Of a DNA stretch of 64,000 nt, positions 46,247-56,983 are shown piece by piece. The stretch's first letter is position 1, and each line of letters starts with the position of its first letter. Source of the stretch: SAR202 cluster bacterium (GTDB taxonomy: Bacteria; Chloroflexota; Dehalococcoidia; Lucifugimonadales; VXLM01); assembly GCA_022448725.1 (NCBI GenBank), contig JAKUTR010000003.1, positions 8,353 through 72,352 of the forward strand, written 5' to 3'. The notes beneath the pieces are model-generated. The model saw only the letters and a list, made by a program, of their open reading frames with translations, had not been told where the DNA came from and did not search any database. Made by a program: the position numbers and the translations under genes.

Positions 46247-48724
46247 TCAGCTCATCTCGACAGCTAGACCTTGTTCATACAGTGATAGCCGTTTGGATAA
46301 TTCTTGGTATTGGTTAACCTGAAGGTCAGGATCATGTTCCAAAATACGAGTTGCTTCGCGTCGAGCCAAAGACACTATGTCTTGATCGGTAATCCGTGCA
46401 AGCCTAAGGCTCGGTAAACCACTCTGGCGCGTTCCGAGGTAGTCACCTGGCCCACGTATTCGAAGATCTTCCTCAGCAAGTCGAAATCCATCACTAATTC
46501 GCTCAACCAACTTCAAACGCTCTCTGGCATCCTTACTGGGGTCGTCAGCAAGGAGCAAACAGTAGCTCTGGTGCTCTCCCCGTCCAACGCGCCCGCGAAA
46601 CTGATGAAGTTGCGCGAGACCAAACCGATCGGCCCCATCAATTAACATCACTGTCGCGTTAGGGACGTCAACCCCAACCTCTATCACGGGTGTCGAAACG
46701 AGGATGTCGATTTCTCTATTTTGATACTTCGCCATAACCAATTCTTTTTCCTTAAGTGACATACGACCATGGAGAAGTCCTAAACGCAGATCTGGGAATA
46801 CGCTACTAGAGAGTCGCTCAAACTCATCCACAGCGCCTTTCACAAGTTTTGTTTTAGTTGGATCGATACCCGGAAGCTGTGCAGTGCCGTCATCCCCATC
46901 CTTACCCTTGCCAATCCTAATCTCTGACTCGTCGACAAAGGGCATCACGAAGAAGGCCTGTCTACCTTTGGATACTTCGTCACGTACGAAATCGTAGGCG
47001 GTAGTACGTTTGATCGGGTCCACATATCGTGTCCTAATGGACTGCCTGCCCGCCGGCATCTCATCAATAAAAGAAACATCCAACTCCCCATACAATGTCA
47101 ATGCTAGAGAGCGTGGGATAGGTGTAGCGGACATCGCCAACAAGTGGGGGCGAATACCTTTCTCCCTTAATGCAGCGCGCTGCATCACCCCAAACCGATG
47201 CTGTTCGTCGACTACAGCAACAGCAAGTTTTGGGATTTCCACCTCCTTTTGAATAATTGCGTGGGTACCTATCACGACATCAACTTGACTTTCCTCGACC
47301 ATCTTGCGCATTTGGTCTTTAACACTCTTTTTAAGACCGCCCAGTAGGAGGCCAACAATGACATCTCGTCCGCCAACTTTGGCCGTTGCCAGATGCATCC
47401 CCTCATCAACAACTCTTCCACCAGAAAGCATATGTGTAATTGTGAGAAAGTGCTGTTCTGCAAGAATCTCCGTCGGTGCGAGCAATGCAGCTTGATAACC
47501 GTTCATTACTGCCCCAAGCATACCTGCCACCGCAACGACGGTCTTACCGCTCCCAACGTCACCTTGGAGCAACCGACCCATTGGCCTGTCGCTCCTAATA
47601 TCCCGTGTAATCTCCTCAATAACCCGTTTCTGGGCAAGTGTCAGTTCGAAGGGTAGAGATTTAAGAAAAGTGTTGACTTGATCTTGATGGGGAAGCTGTA
47701 CTCCGGTTTCCATCTCTTGCCAAGACTGCTTTCTCCGCAGCATTGAAAGTTGCATCATGAAAAGTTCGTCAAATGCTAATCGGCGTCGTGCTGATTCCCA
47801 GTTTGCCCCAGAATCAGGGTAATGAATTTGCGATAGAGCAGTGGTCAGATCCTGGAGGCCCGTACGGACCACAATCTCTCGGGGAAGGTAGTCTACAACC
47901 TGGTTAAGACCAGCCTCAAGCCCTGCTTTGACAATACGCCTTACCGTTCTTTGGTATAAGCCTTCCACCAGAGGGTACACAGGCACAAGGCGCGCAGCAT
48001 GGGTGAGGTCATCCTGCCCACGGATAATTTCGTACTCGGGATTCTCAAAAACAAGGCCGCCCCTAAATGCGCTTACTTTCCCACTCACCACCACCTTAGT
48101 ACCAGGTTTAAAACTCTTGGCGAGATATCCTTGATTGAACCAAGTTGTTCTCACAGTGCCAGTATCATCAACCAACACGGCATGGGTGGAATTACGTCTC
48201 GGCCCACTCCTATTCTCTTTGGCTTCAAACACGCTTGCTTCGATCGTTTGCTCCTCACCATACTGGAGTTGCGAAATTTTTCGGATCTTTGTGAAATCTT
48301 TATGCCGGTGAGGGAACAAATACACAAGGTCTTCAACTGTGCTTACGCCGAGTCTGTTGAGCTTGGGGTGGTTGGTCTTTGTAACGCCTTTGATTTGTGA
48401 TACGTCCGTCTCTAGAGGCAACCTCGGAGAAAGTCGCGGCGCTCGAGCTCGTTGGGGCAGGTGTGATTCTGGCTCTTTGGAGGGCTCCTTCCAGGCCTCA
48501 ATGCCTTCCATACTTGCAATGGTTAGAGAAACCCAGTCACGGCGTTCTGAAACTGACATATCAGAATAATTCACTGCTATATTTATAGATGAGGAGAGTT
48601 CATTGGCCCACCTTGCGAGGAACTGATCAAGGCCTCCAATGACTGTGAGATTACTGTAATCCGCAGACTGCTCCCGAACCAGAATGTCCCTAAGCACTAT
48701 GATTTTATGGTTCGCGTCAGTCAT
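46247..48724 (-). CDS. recG: ATP-dependent DNA helicase RecG
   Basis: Wedge/OB domain followed by SF2 helicase motifs (GDVGSGKT, DEQHRFG, SATPIPR, QLHQFRGRVGRG). Confidence 0.95.
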   Translation of the reverse strand: MTDANHKIIVLRDILVREQSADYSNLTVIGGLDQFLARWANELSSSINIAVNYSDMSVSERRDWVSLTIASMEGIEAWKEPSKEPESHLPQRARAPRLSPRLPLETDVSQIKGVTKTNHPKLNRLGVSTVEDLVYLFPHRHKDFTKIRKISQLQYGEEQTIEASVFEAKENRSGPRRNSTHAVLVDDTGTVRTTWFNQGYLAKSFKPGTKVVVSGKVSAFRGGLVFENPEYEIIRGQDDLTHAARLVPVYPLVEGLYQRTVRRIVKAGLEAGLNQVVDYLPREIVVRTGLQDLTTALSQIHYPDSGANWESARRRLAFDELFMMQLSMLRRKQSWQEMETGVQLPHQDQVNTFLKSLPFELTLAQKRVIEEITRDIRSDRPMGRLLQGDVGSGKTVVAVAGMLGAVMNGYQAALLAPTEILAEQHFLTITHMLSGGRVVDEGMHLATAKVGGRDVIVGLLLGGLKKSVKDQMRKMVEESQVDVVIGTHAIIQKEVEIPKLAVAVVDEQHRFGVMQRAALREKGIRPHLLAMSATPIPRSLALTLYGELDVSFIDEMPAGRQSIRTRYVDPIKRTTAYDFVRDEVSKGRQAFFVMPFVDESEIRIGKGKDGDDGTAQLPGIDPTKTKLVKGAVDEFERLSSSVFPDLRLGLLHGRMSLKEKELVMAKYQNREIDILVSTPVIEVGVDVPNATVMLIDGADRFGLAQLHQFRGRVGRGEHQSYCLLLADDPSKDARERLKLVERISDGFRLAEEDLRIRGPGDYLGTRQSGLPSLRLARITDQDIVSLARREATRILEHDPDLQVNQYQELSKRLSLYEQGLAVEMS

Positions 48725-49011
48725 CTAGCTCAGGTTACCACCATGTCTATTGTTATTCTAAGGTTCAAGGTACTCAGCTGACCTTAATATGTAACCACCT
48801 ATTCGAGCACATAGGACACCAACCTTGATTTCAAGTTGTAGATTATCCAAGCCTTAGCACATGGCAAATATGTTGGGCGAAGATTCCGTTCTAACAACAA
48901 CAATTCTCGCGAACCCAGAACGGTGCCCTAAGGTACAGAAAACAGTTCCACCGACTGTTGGAGCCTACCTATCTAGGAATGATCCTGATCAAAAGAAGAC
49001 TACTAGAGTTG

Positions 49012-51291
49012 TTAGTTCACACTGTCCGGTCTGTAGATATCAACTCCACCACCGATATTTCGGAGCCTACCCTCGCCTCCTATGACAACAACTCTGCCAT
49101 CAGGTAGTAGGGTAGAGGTATGATCTGTACGTTCTGAAAACATCTTGCCAGCGTACAACCATCCGGACAGTGCTCGGTCAAAAAGCCAAGCTTTGGTAGT
49201 CCCAGAACCTCCCAGGAGGAGTAAACGTCCATCGAGAAGCTGGGTAGCTGTTGCACCCGTACGTACCTCAGGCATCCGATCAGCGTACACCCACCTCGAG
49301 GCACCAGGTTCGTACAATAAAGCCGCATTAGATGCTCCCTGCGCCCCAAATCCTCCTGCGACAAGTACCGCTCCATCCTCAAAAACTCCAACCGTTACCT
49401 TCTGTAATCGCTGATCAAGGTTCGGTAGTTGCGACCACTGCTGTGTATTAACATCGAATACCGCAACTGTTGGACCAGAACCACCTGCCACAAGCATATT
49501 ACCGTCAGGGAGACGAAGCATAGAGTGGCCCGCCCTTACATCAAACATACTCGCAGTGGGCGTCCATTCTTCCTTGAGTGGGTCAAATATCTCCACAGAC
49601 GCAGTCGACTGTGCAGCCTCAGTTTCTCCTCCAACGACAAGTATCGAACCATCCTCCAAACTCAGTGCGGTATGCCCCCAGAGCGGCCGAGGCATTGGCG
49701 TTGTGAGAGTCCAAGTACCAGATTCAGGGTCATAAATTTCAGCGGAATTTTCATTACGTAGCGCGCGCTTACCCTCATCATCAAGCGTGATCTTACGGCC
49801 TCCGGCCACGAGGACTCTACCATCCTTAAGTCGAGTAGCTATATGACCTCCGCGCTCAATGTTCATAGCATCCACAAGTTTTGACTCACCGGTAACAGGA
49901 TCGTACAACTCAGCAGATGCCGTGAATTCGACAGGGCTAGATGGATCGCCAGACCTACCTCTACCTCCGACGACTAGTATTGTCCCATCCCGTAAAAGAG
50001 TAGAGGAATGACCTGCTCGCCCTTGAACTAAAGTCCCAGCCCGTTCCCAATTACCCAAAAATGGGTCAGAGAACCAGGCCCCGGACTTCGGATTATAGAA
50101 TTCCATGGAGTCAAATGGCCCTTTTTCTGCTCCTCCAACCACCAGCACACGACCATCATTCAACAAGACAGAAGAATGCGAGACACGAGCCACATCGATA
50201 TTACCTGCCTGAAGCCACTTATCTTCAGCAGGGTCATATATCTCTACAGAATCGTCGGCCAAACCCTTAGGTCCGCCTGCGACGACCAGAACGGTGCCAT
50301 CCGGCATCAGAACTGCGGTATGATCCACCCGTACCCCAAACGGCTGTGGGGTCAGACGCCACGAATTTGTCTCAGGATCGTACACTTCAGCAGCAGGCGT
50401 TGCTTCATCACCGCCAACTACAAGTACTCGTCCGTCGTTGAGCAATGTGGCTGTATGACCAACCCTTGCAAATTCCAATTTGGGTGCAACCGACCACTCT
50501 CCGGTAAGAGGATCGTATATCTCTGCTGATTCCCGGGGTTCACCAACTCCATCCGATCCACCAACAACAAGCACACGCCCATCAAGAAGCTTGGTTGCTG
50601 TATGTGAAACCCGAAAGTCATGCATTTCTGCCAAGTCCAACCAAATCCGCTCGTTGGGGTCGTAGGCCTCTACGGTCTTCTGGGCTCCGCCTTTAAATCC
50701 ATTTCCTCCGGTAACCATTACTCTGCCATCGTCCAGCGTAACGCCAGCAGCAAGTGCTCTACTATCCACCATCCGCCGGATCTGTGACCAGGTATCAGTC
50801 ACAGGGTCATATATCTCTGCAGACTCAAGATTTTCGGTCTCTCCAAGACCTCCGGCTACTAGAATTCGGCCATCGTTTAGCTTAGCTGTGACAAAGAACG
50901 ATCTTGAGGTCATCATCCGTGCCCTAGTGGTCCAGGTATCTAAACCTGGGTCATAACTCTCCACGAGAGGGAATGGACCATACGGACCGATACCACCAAT
51001 AGCTAGTAGTTTCCCATCCTCTAAAACAACAGTCCCGAACCCTTGGCGGGGGTCATTCATGCTTCCGACGCTTGTTTTCGCCCGTACAACTGGGCGGCTT
51101 ATTGATGGGGTAGGACTAGGCATGACCTCGGGCGAGACCTGTGTCCCCTCAGTAATCTCCGTCGGGGAAATTGACGACTCTGGTTTAGCTCCCCCATCCC
51201 CACAACCGATGACTATAATCAACCCAAGCGTAGTTAATGACCCTACGGCCAAAAGTTCGCGAATTTCAAAAAACCTTTTGATCATTATCAC
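49012..51291 (-). CDS. Kelch-repeat lipoprotein with 14 blades (probably two 7-bladed propellers)
   Basis: Signal peptide with lipobox VIGC. There are 14 copies of the L.DGR.LV.GG...E.YDP....W repeat. The start is GTG 51291 or ATG 51285. Confidence 0.75.
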   Translation of the reverse strand: MIMIKRFFEIRELLAVGSLTTLGLIIVIGCGDGGAKPESSISPTEITEGTQVSPEVMPSPTPSISRPVVRAKTSVGSMNDPRQGFGTVVLEDGKLLAIGGIGPYGPFPLVESYDPGLDTWTTRARMMTSRSFFVTAKLNDGRILVAGGLGETENLESAEIYDPVTDTWSQIRRMVDSRALAAGVTLDDGRVMVTGGNGFKGGAQKTVEAYDPNERIWLDLAEMHDFRVSHTATKLLDGRVLVVGGSDGVGEPRESAEIYDPLTGEWSVAPKLEFARVGHTATLLNDGRVLVVGGDEATPAAEVYDPETNSWRLTPQPFGVRVDHTAVLMPDGTVLVVAGGPKGLADDSVEIYDPAEDKWLQAGNIDVARVSHSSVLLNDGRVLVVGGAEKGPFDSMEFYNPKSGAWFSDPFLGNWERAGTLVQGRAGHSSTLLRDGTILVVGGRGRSGDPSSPVEFTASAELYDPVTGESKLVDAMNIERGGHIATRLKDGRVLVAGGRKITLDDEGKRALRNENSAEIYDPESGTWTLTTPMPRPLWGHTALSLEDGSILVVGGETEAAQSTASVEIFDPLKEEWTPTASMFDVRAGHSMLRLPDGNMLVAGGSGPTVAVFDVNTQQWSQLPNLDQRLQKVTVGVFEDGAVLVAGGFGAQGASNAALLYEPGASRWVYADRMPEVRTGATATQLLDGRLLLLGGSGTTKAWLFDRALSGWLYAGKMFSERTDHTSTLLPDGRVVVIGGEGRLRNIGGGVDIYRPDSVN

Positions 51292-51576
51292 CGTCTCACA
51301 CTAAACCTTTTTGTTGGGAGTCGAGGATCTTAGAACTATGTTATTACATGTACTGCAGCCATGTTCAGCGACAACATAGAATCAGAAAAACTCAACCCAG
51401 CATAAATTGATTTTAGCAATGGCTGAAAAACTGGGTCAACGATCTTATACAAATCGTTCTGTTTTAATACAACTCCTGAGACATAGTCTACATATTCTGG
51501 CAGTAGCATAGGTCTGGCCACATACCCGCCTTATCGTTTAGCAGTTCGTGACCACGCTCAGGCCTGCCAAATCACC

Positions 51577-51606
51577 TTGACCCATATTCCACCCGATACC
51601 TATAAT
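51577..51606 (+). promoter_or_regulatory. Candidate sigma70-type promoter of pheST
   Basis: TTGACC (51577-51582), 18-nt spacer, TATAAT (51601-51606). The -10 box overlaps the track ATG at 51605, which favours ATG 51638 as the pheS start. Confidence 0.45.
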
Positions 51607-51637
51607 GGGCTCACCGGATCACTTCAATCAGAGAGTC

Positions 51638-52693
51638 ATGGTCACACCCATCTCTACAAAAAGAGTCGAGGACGTTAAATCTGACGCCCTTAATACACTG
51701 CTCCATATATCTGACCTGGATTCATTGGACGAATGGCGAGTCCAATACCTAGGTCGTAAAGGACAACTCACCCAACTACTGCGCGGGCTTAGCTCTGCGC
51801 CCGAGAACGACCGTGCCCAAATTGGAGCAGCCGCTAACATTGCGAAAACAGTTTTGGAGGAACAACTGCGCCTGAGAGAAGCAGATCTGAAAGCAGAACA
51901 CCTCTCGGGAGTCGTAGATCGCGAACGGATTGATGTGACGCTACCGGGGTTACCAGTCCCGGAGGGCAAGCTACATCCGACTACACGAATGGTCCGGGAG
52001 ATCACTACGGCTTTCGCATCCATGGGTTTCCAAATCGAAGAAGGACCTGAAATTGAGTATGAACGGTACAACTTTGACATGCTCAACATTCCATCTGATC
52101 ACCCTGCACGGGACATGTGGGACACCCTCTGGATTGACCAAGCAAGACCAGATGGCTATCGCCCCTTACTTCTGCGAACGCATACCTCTCCGATGCAAGC
52201 GAGAGTGATGGAGAATATAGATCCTCCCGTGCGCGTTGTCGTACCTGGGAAATGCTACCGATACGAAGCAACAGACTCCACTCACGAATGGCACTTCTAC
52301 CAGGTTGAGGGCCTTGCGGTTGGCGAAGGTATCACCTTCGCAGACCTAAAGGGAACTCTGTATGAGTTTGCAAGACGCATATTTGGGGAAGATAGGAAGA
52401 TCCGGTTCCGGTGTGACTTCTTCCCGTTCGTAGAGCCTGGCGTGGATATGTCAATCTCCAACTTCAAGGACAAAGACGGTAACCGGCCAATCAACCGTGA
52501 TGAGGATTGGATAGAGATCCTTGGTGCTGGCATGGTACATCCGAAGGTGTTAGAAGGAGTGGGATACGATCCCGATCGATACACGGGTTTTGCCTTTGGT
52601 ATGGGTGTAGAACGTATCGCAATGCTCAAATACGGAATAGATGACATTCGCCTCTTTTACTCTAACAATACCCAATTCATTAGCCAATTCTAA
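51638..52693 (+). CDS. pheS: Phenylalanine--tRNA ligase alpha subunit
   Basis: Class II motifs (HPARDMWDT, LLRTHTSP, FRCDFFPFVEPG, GFAFGMGVERI). Confidence 0.9.
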   Translation: MVTPISTKRVEDVKSDALNTLLHISDLDSLDEWRVQYLGRKGQLTQLLRGLSSAPENDRAQIGAAANIAKTVLEEQLRLREADLKAEHLSGVVDRERIDVTLPGLPVPEGKLHPTTRMVREITTAFASMGFQIEEGPEIEYERYNFDMLNIPSDHPARDMWDTLWIDQARPDGYRPLLLRTHTSPMQARVMENIDPPVRVVVPGKCYRYEATDSTHEWHFYQVEGLAVGEGITFADLKGTLYEFARRIFGEDRKIRFRCDFFPFVEPGVDMSISNFKDKDGNRPINRDEDWIEILGAGMVHPKVLEGVGYDPDRYTGFAFGMGVERIAMLKYGIDDIRLFYSNNTQFISQF

Positions 52694-52720
52694 GTTTACT
52701 CTACCTAGTACAAAAACCAT

Positions 52721-55153
52721 ATGCTAATTCCGATTTCTTGGCTCAAACAATACGTCCCTATCAAAATACCCGCGTTAGAGCTGGCTCACCGCCTAACCAT
52801 GGCAGGGACTGAAATCAGTGAAGTAAAAGAAGTGGGGGCCGATTGGGGGCACGATAAAGTTGTCATTGGTCACGTACTTAAGGTAGATCCTCACCCGGAT
52901 GCCGACCGACTAAAAATACCAAGCCTTGATCTCGGAAATGGTCAAACAGCACAAGTCGTTTGTGGAGGCCCCAACTTAGCGGCGGGACAAAAGATTGCCT
53001 TCGCCAGAGAAGGCGCGAAACTTTACAACGCTAAGACTGGCAAAGTAGCTAAGCTTAAATCCTCGAAAATTCGAGGTGTTATCTCTACCGGCATGGTGTG
53101 TTCAGAGTTGGAACTTGGTCTTGGCGAGGACCACCGGGGGATATTGGTTCTGCCTAACGACGCACCAACTGGCACTCCTCTTGTGGATTACCTTGGTGAT
53201 GCCATCCTCAGTGCAGAGGTAACCCCAAACAGGCCCGACTGTCTATCAATGCTTGGTATCGCACACGAAGTGGCCGCACTTACAGGTCAAACCGTCACCG
53301 AACCTGACCGCAATTATCCTGAAAATGGTGACTCTATCAACCAACAAGTCATTATTGACGTAACTGATGCAGACCTCTGTCCTAGATACGCAGTTAGCTT
53401 GATTCGAGGGATTACCGTCAAGGAATCACCTGACTGGCTCAAAGATGCGATAGAAAAAAGTGGGATGCGCCCTATAAATAACATCGTAGATGTGACCAAC
53501 TACGTGATGTTGGAATACGGTCAACCCCTCCACGCGTTTGATTACACTACCATCAATGAAGCAACCGTCATCATTCGCACAGCTCATAACAAAGAGAAAC
53601 TAATCACATTGGATGATGAAGAACGAGAAATCAATCCTCCGATTCTGACTATCGCAGATCCCAAAAGGGCTATCGCTCTTGCTGGTGTGATGGGTGGACG
53701 CGATAGTGAGGTCACAGAAACAACAACAGATGTCCTACTTGAGTCAGCAAACTTCGAAGCGATAAATACACGAAAAACAGCGAGATCCCTTGGGATGAGC
53801 ACCGAGGCATCCTACCGGTATGAACGAGGTATCCGGACAGAACTTGTGCCTCTCGCGTTACGACGAGCTACCAAGTTAATCTTGGATCTGGCTGGGGGGT
53901 GTGCAGCAAAGGGTATCCTTGACACCTCTCCAACCAACAAAATATATCCACCTCTGAGGATATCCGATGATAAGTTCGAGAGGGTCCTAGGCACTAGCAT
54001 ATCCATCAACCGGGCTGACGAAGTACTCAGTTCCTTGGGATTCAATACATCTCGGACCGAGGATAAATCGCTGGCTGTGGAAGCTCCTTACTGGCGAACT
54101 GATATCTCCATTGAAGAGGACCTCGTCGAGGAGGTAGCACGGATTATCGGCTACGAGGATGTCCCGGCTACCCTACTATCTAGTGAAATACCTCACCAGA
54201 TTCCGAATCCGTCTCGAGATTTAAGAGAGCAAGTCCGAGATGCCCTCGTCGCAGCTGGTATGCAAGAGACAATTTCATATCCAGCTACCAGCTTGAATTC
54301 CATGGCTAAGGTAGGTGTCTCAAACTCTGCCGGGCAAGCTGCGCTGCCCATCGCAAACCCAATGAGCAGTGACATGACCCATATGCGAACTACTCTTAGG
54401 CCTAGTATCTTGGATACTCTATCATTCAACCGCCGCGTATCGCATGGGTCAGGATTCAAACTCTTTGAGATTGGCAAGATCTACCTCCCCAACGACGATG
54501 TGAACGGATACGAACTACCTAAAGAGCAAGAAGTCCTCGTTGGAGTATTTGCAGGACCTAGCTCCCAGATGTCATGGCTAACTACTGGAAACGCCATGGA
54601 TTTTTTCTATGCAAAGGGAGTGCTAGAAGTAGTATTCCGCCGACTTGGCCTAAATGTGGAGTACGAAGCACACGATACGGACCAAATCTTACATCCGGGA
54701 AAAACTGCACTGTTGAACTACAAGGGGAATCGAATCGGTGTAATCGGTGAGATCCATCCAAATGTTCTCGATCTCTTTAACATTGAGGACTCGCCTGTTG
54801 CCCTAATTGAAATCAACTTGGAGACACTATACTCCACCCTTGAAGGAACCTCCCCAACTTATACTGAAGTGAGTCGCTACCCAGAATCTGAACGTGACAT
54901 AGCCATCCTTGTTGATGATGAGGTCTCTTCTGCACAGATCCAGCACATAATTATTCGTAACAAACTTGTCCAATCCAGCACACCATTTGATCTGTATACT
55001 GGCGACAAGATCCCTGCGGGAAAGAAATCGATCGGCTACCGCGTCACATTTCGGTCAAACCAATCCACCCTCACACGCGAGCTCGTAGACAAGACCCGAC
55101 AAAGCATCGTCAAACAGTTAGAGCGTGAACTGGGTGCCGAACTAAGAGATTAA
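52721..55153 (+). CDS. pheT: Phenylalanine--tRNA ligase beta subunit
   Basis: MLIPISWLKQYV N-terminus, with tRNA-binding, B3/4, B5 and FDX-ACB domains in order. 810 aa. Confidence 0.95.
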   Translation: MLIPISWLKQYVPIKIPALELAHRLTMAGTEISEVKEVGADWGHDKVVIGHVLKVDPHPDADRLKIPSLDLGNGQTAQVVCGGPNLAAGQKIAFAREGAKLYNAKTGKVAKLKSSKIRGVISTGMVCSELELGLGEDHRGILVLPNDAPTGTPLVDYLGDAILSAEVTPNRPDCLSMLGIAHEVAALTGQTVTEPDRNYPENGDSINQQVIIDVTDADLCPRYAVSLIRGITVKESPDWLKDAIEKSGMRPINNIVDVTNYVMLEYGQPLHAFDYTTINEATVIIRTAHNKEKLITLDDEEREINPPILTIADPKRAIALAGVMGGRDSEVTETTTDVLLESANFEAINTRKTARSLGMSTEASYRYERGIRTELVPLALRRATKLILDLAGGCAAKGILDTSPTNKIYPPLRISDDKFERVLGTSISINRADEVLSSLGFNTSRTEDKSLAVEAPYWRTDISIEEDLVEEVARIIGYEDVPATLLSSEIPHQIPNPSRDLREQVRDALVAAGMQETISYPATSLNSMAKVGVSNSAGQAALPIANPMSSDMTHMRTTLRPSILDTLSFNRRVSHGSGFKLFEIGKIYLPNDDVNGYELPKEQEVLVGVFAGPSSQMSWLTTGNAMDFFYAKGVLEVVFRRLGLNVEYEAHDTDQILHPGKTALLNYKGNRIGVIGEIHPNVLDLFNIEDSPVALIEINLETLYSTLEGTSPTYTEVSRYPESERDIAILVDDEVSSAQIQHIIIRNKLVQSSTPFDLYTGDKIPAGKKSIGYRVTFRSNQSTLTRELVDKTRQSIVKQLERELGAELRD

Positions 55154-55188
55154 ACTTCCCGCTAGTCCGAAGTACTCCAGGCTTTAAT

Positions 55189-56475
55189 TTGGAAGAACAT
55201 CTACATAGGCACAGTCACGCCGATATGATTAGTGTAGAGGATGCGTTAGAACACATCCTCGGGTTTTGTAGTGTCCTCTCACCAGAGCTAAAACCAATCA
55301 GTGGTGCACTGGGCCAAATATTAGCTGAAGATATCGTAGGACGGTTTGATATGCCTCGGTGGGATAATTCAGCTATGGATGGCTATGCAGTTAGGGCAAA
55401 TGACATTAAAGCAGCTACCAATCAATCACCCACAGTACTCAAAGTTGTTGGCAAGATAGCTGCAGGTGACGTACCTCACAGAACCGTAGAATCAGGGACA
55501 GCAATACGGATAATGACAGGAGCTCCCATTCCTACTATGGCCGACGTGGTAGTCCCTTTTGAGGATACTGATGAATTGGAGCGAAAATCTGGGACAGAAA
55601 TAGGGATTCATCTCCCAGTACCGCCAGGAAGTAATATTCGGGTGCAAGGTACAGACATAAAAATGGGTCAAACGATTATTGACCGTAGCAAGGTTCTGAA
55701 AGCCGCTGATATCGGCATCCTAGCTTCATTGGGTTACAGCGAAGTACAGGTCGTGAAAAGACCAACGGTTGGTATCTTGGCAACAGGCGATGAGCTTTTA
55801 GACCCAAAAAAAACGCTGGAACCCGGAAAGATATATAACAGTAATAGTTACAGTATCGCAGCAGCCGTACAAGCATCTGGTGGCATCCCGTGGATGCTGG
55901 GCATTGCCAACGATACCTGGCAGTCGATTGGCGCAATGCTGGACAAGGGGATTGAACATGCAGACATATTGATCACAACAGCGGGCGTGTCAAAAGGGGA
56001 CTATGATCTTGTCAAAAATGTATTAGCAGAATATGGAAAGATCGAACTATGGTCAGTAAGGATGAGGCCCGCAAAGCCGCTAGCATTCGGGCTTTTAAAT
56101 GCTCCCGAAGGTAGACGGATGCCTATTCTTGGATTGCCTGGAAATCCTGTCAGCGCACTAATCGCTTTTGAGCAATTCGGCCGGCCAACCCTCCGCAAGA
56201 TGATGGGATTTGTAAACAATGGTCGACCACGAGTTCAGGCCATCTTAGAAGATCCAATAGTTAACTTAGACGGGAGGAGACAGTACGCGAGAGTCATTAT
56301 CACCAAGCGTGAGGACACCTACTATGCTAGGCTGACTGGTGATCAAGCTTCACATATACTCACTTCTATGTCACTGGCAAACGGACTAGCCATATGCCCT
56401 GAAGAAACTCCTCGTAAGGAAATAGGCGAGACCATTGATGTAGAAATGCTCGAGTGGCCAGTAGGCTACGCTTAA
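55189..56475 (+). CDS. moeA: Molybdopterin molybdotransferase MoeA
   Basis: ISVEDALEHIL, NSAMDGYAV, TTAGVSKGDYD, LPGNPVSA. The start is either TTG 55189 or ATG 55225. Confidence 0.9.
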   Translation: MEEHLHRHSHADMISVEDALEHILGFCSVLSPELKPISGALGQILAEDIVGRFDMPRWDNSAMDGYAVRANDIKAATNQSPTVLKVVGKIAAGDVPHRTVESGTAIRIMTGAPIPTMADVVVPFEDTDELERKSGTEIGIHLPVPPGSNIRVQGTDIKMGQTIIDRSKVLKAADIGILASLGYSEVQVVKRPTVGILATGDELLDPKKTLEPGKIYNSNSYSIAAAVQASGGIPWMLGIANDTWQSIGAMLDKGIEHADILITTAGVSKGDYDLVKNVLAEYGKIELWSVRMRPAKPLAFGLLNAPEGRRMPILGLPGNPVSALIAFEQFGRPTLRKMMGFVNNGRPRVQAILEDPIVNLDGRRQYARVIITKREDTYYARLTGDQASHILTSMSLANGLAICPEETPRKEIGETIDVEMLEWPVGYA

Positions 56476-56569
56476 CACCTAAAGACGTTGACCAGCGGAC
56501 GGGAGTAGTGTAAGTAATGCAACAGTTCAAATATTTAAATTTCATTTGGGTGAGAGGATCAGGCACAAA

Positions 56570-56983
56570 ATGACAGATAATGATCACAATGTAGATGAGC
56601 CTCTTTATCAAATAGACACAGATGGAGCATTTGATAAAGGGCGTGATATCAAGTCGATAATCGTCTCTCGGATGGGGTACCTGCTTCGACAACAACTGTC
56701 GGCAGATGAGCTCGAAACTATGGCACCCGAAGACCTAGTTATGCAAATCGTGTATCAGGTTGCTGAGACTGAAGAGTATCTACTTCCAGATACACCCTTG
56801 AAAGAGGCAATCTTCCGGGTACTGCTGGCCAATGACAATAAACCAATGGGGGCTCAAAGCATTAGTGCAGTTCTTGAAGAGAAATGGCAGCATAGTCGTT
56901 ACCCTCGTGACATTTCTGCATCGACACTAACCAGACTCCTTGATCACAGCGATCCCTATTGCATAATTAGAACCACTGGTTAG
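56570..56983 (+). CDS. Hypothetical acidic protein (137 aa)
   Basis: An ORF with coding-like composition. No family was recognised. The C-terminal half could be a winged-helix-like fold, which is a guess. The alternative start is TTG 56546. Confidence 0.45.
   Translation: MTDNDHNVDEPLYQIDTDGAFDKGRDIKSIIVSRMGYLLRQQLSADELETMAPEDLVMQIVYQVAETEEYLLPDTPLKEAIFRVLLANDNKPMGAQSISAVLEEKWQHSRYPRDISASTLTRLLDHSDPYCIIRTTG

Noticed and set aside
51336-51521. 61-aa minus-strand ORF in the Kelch-pheS spacer.
   Set aside because: It has a GTG start without an SD and no motif, and its composition is unremarkable. It cannot be excluded, but nothing supports it.
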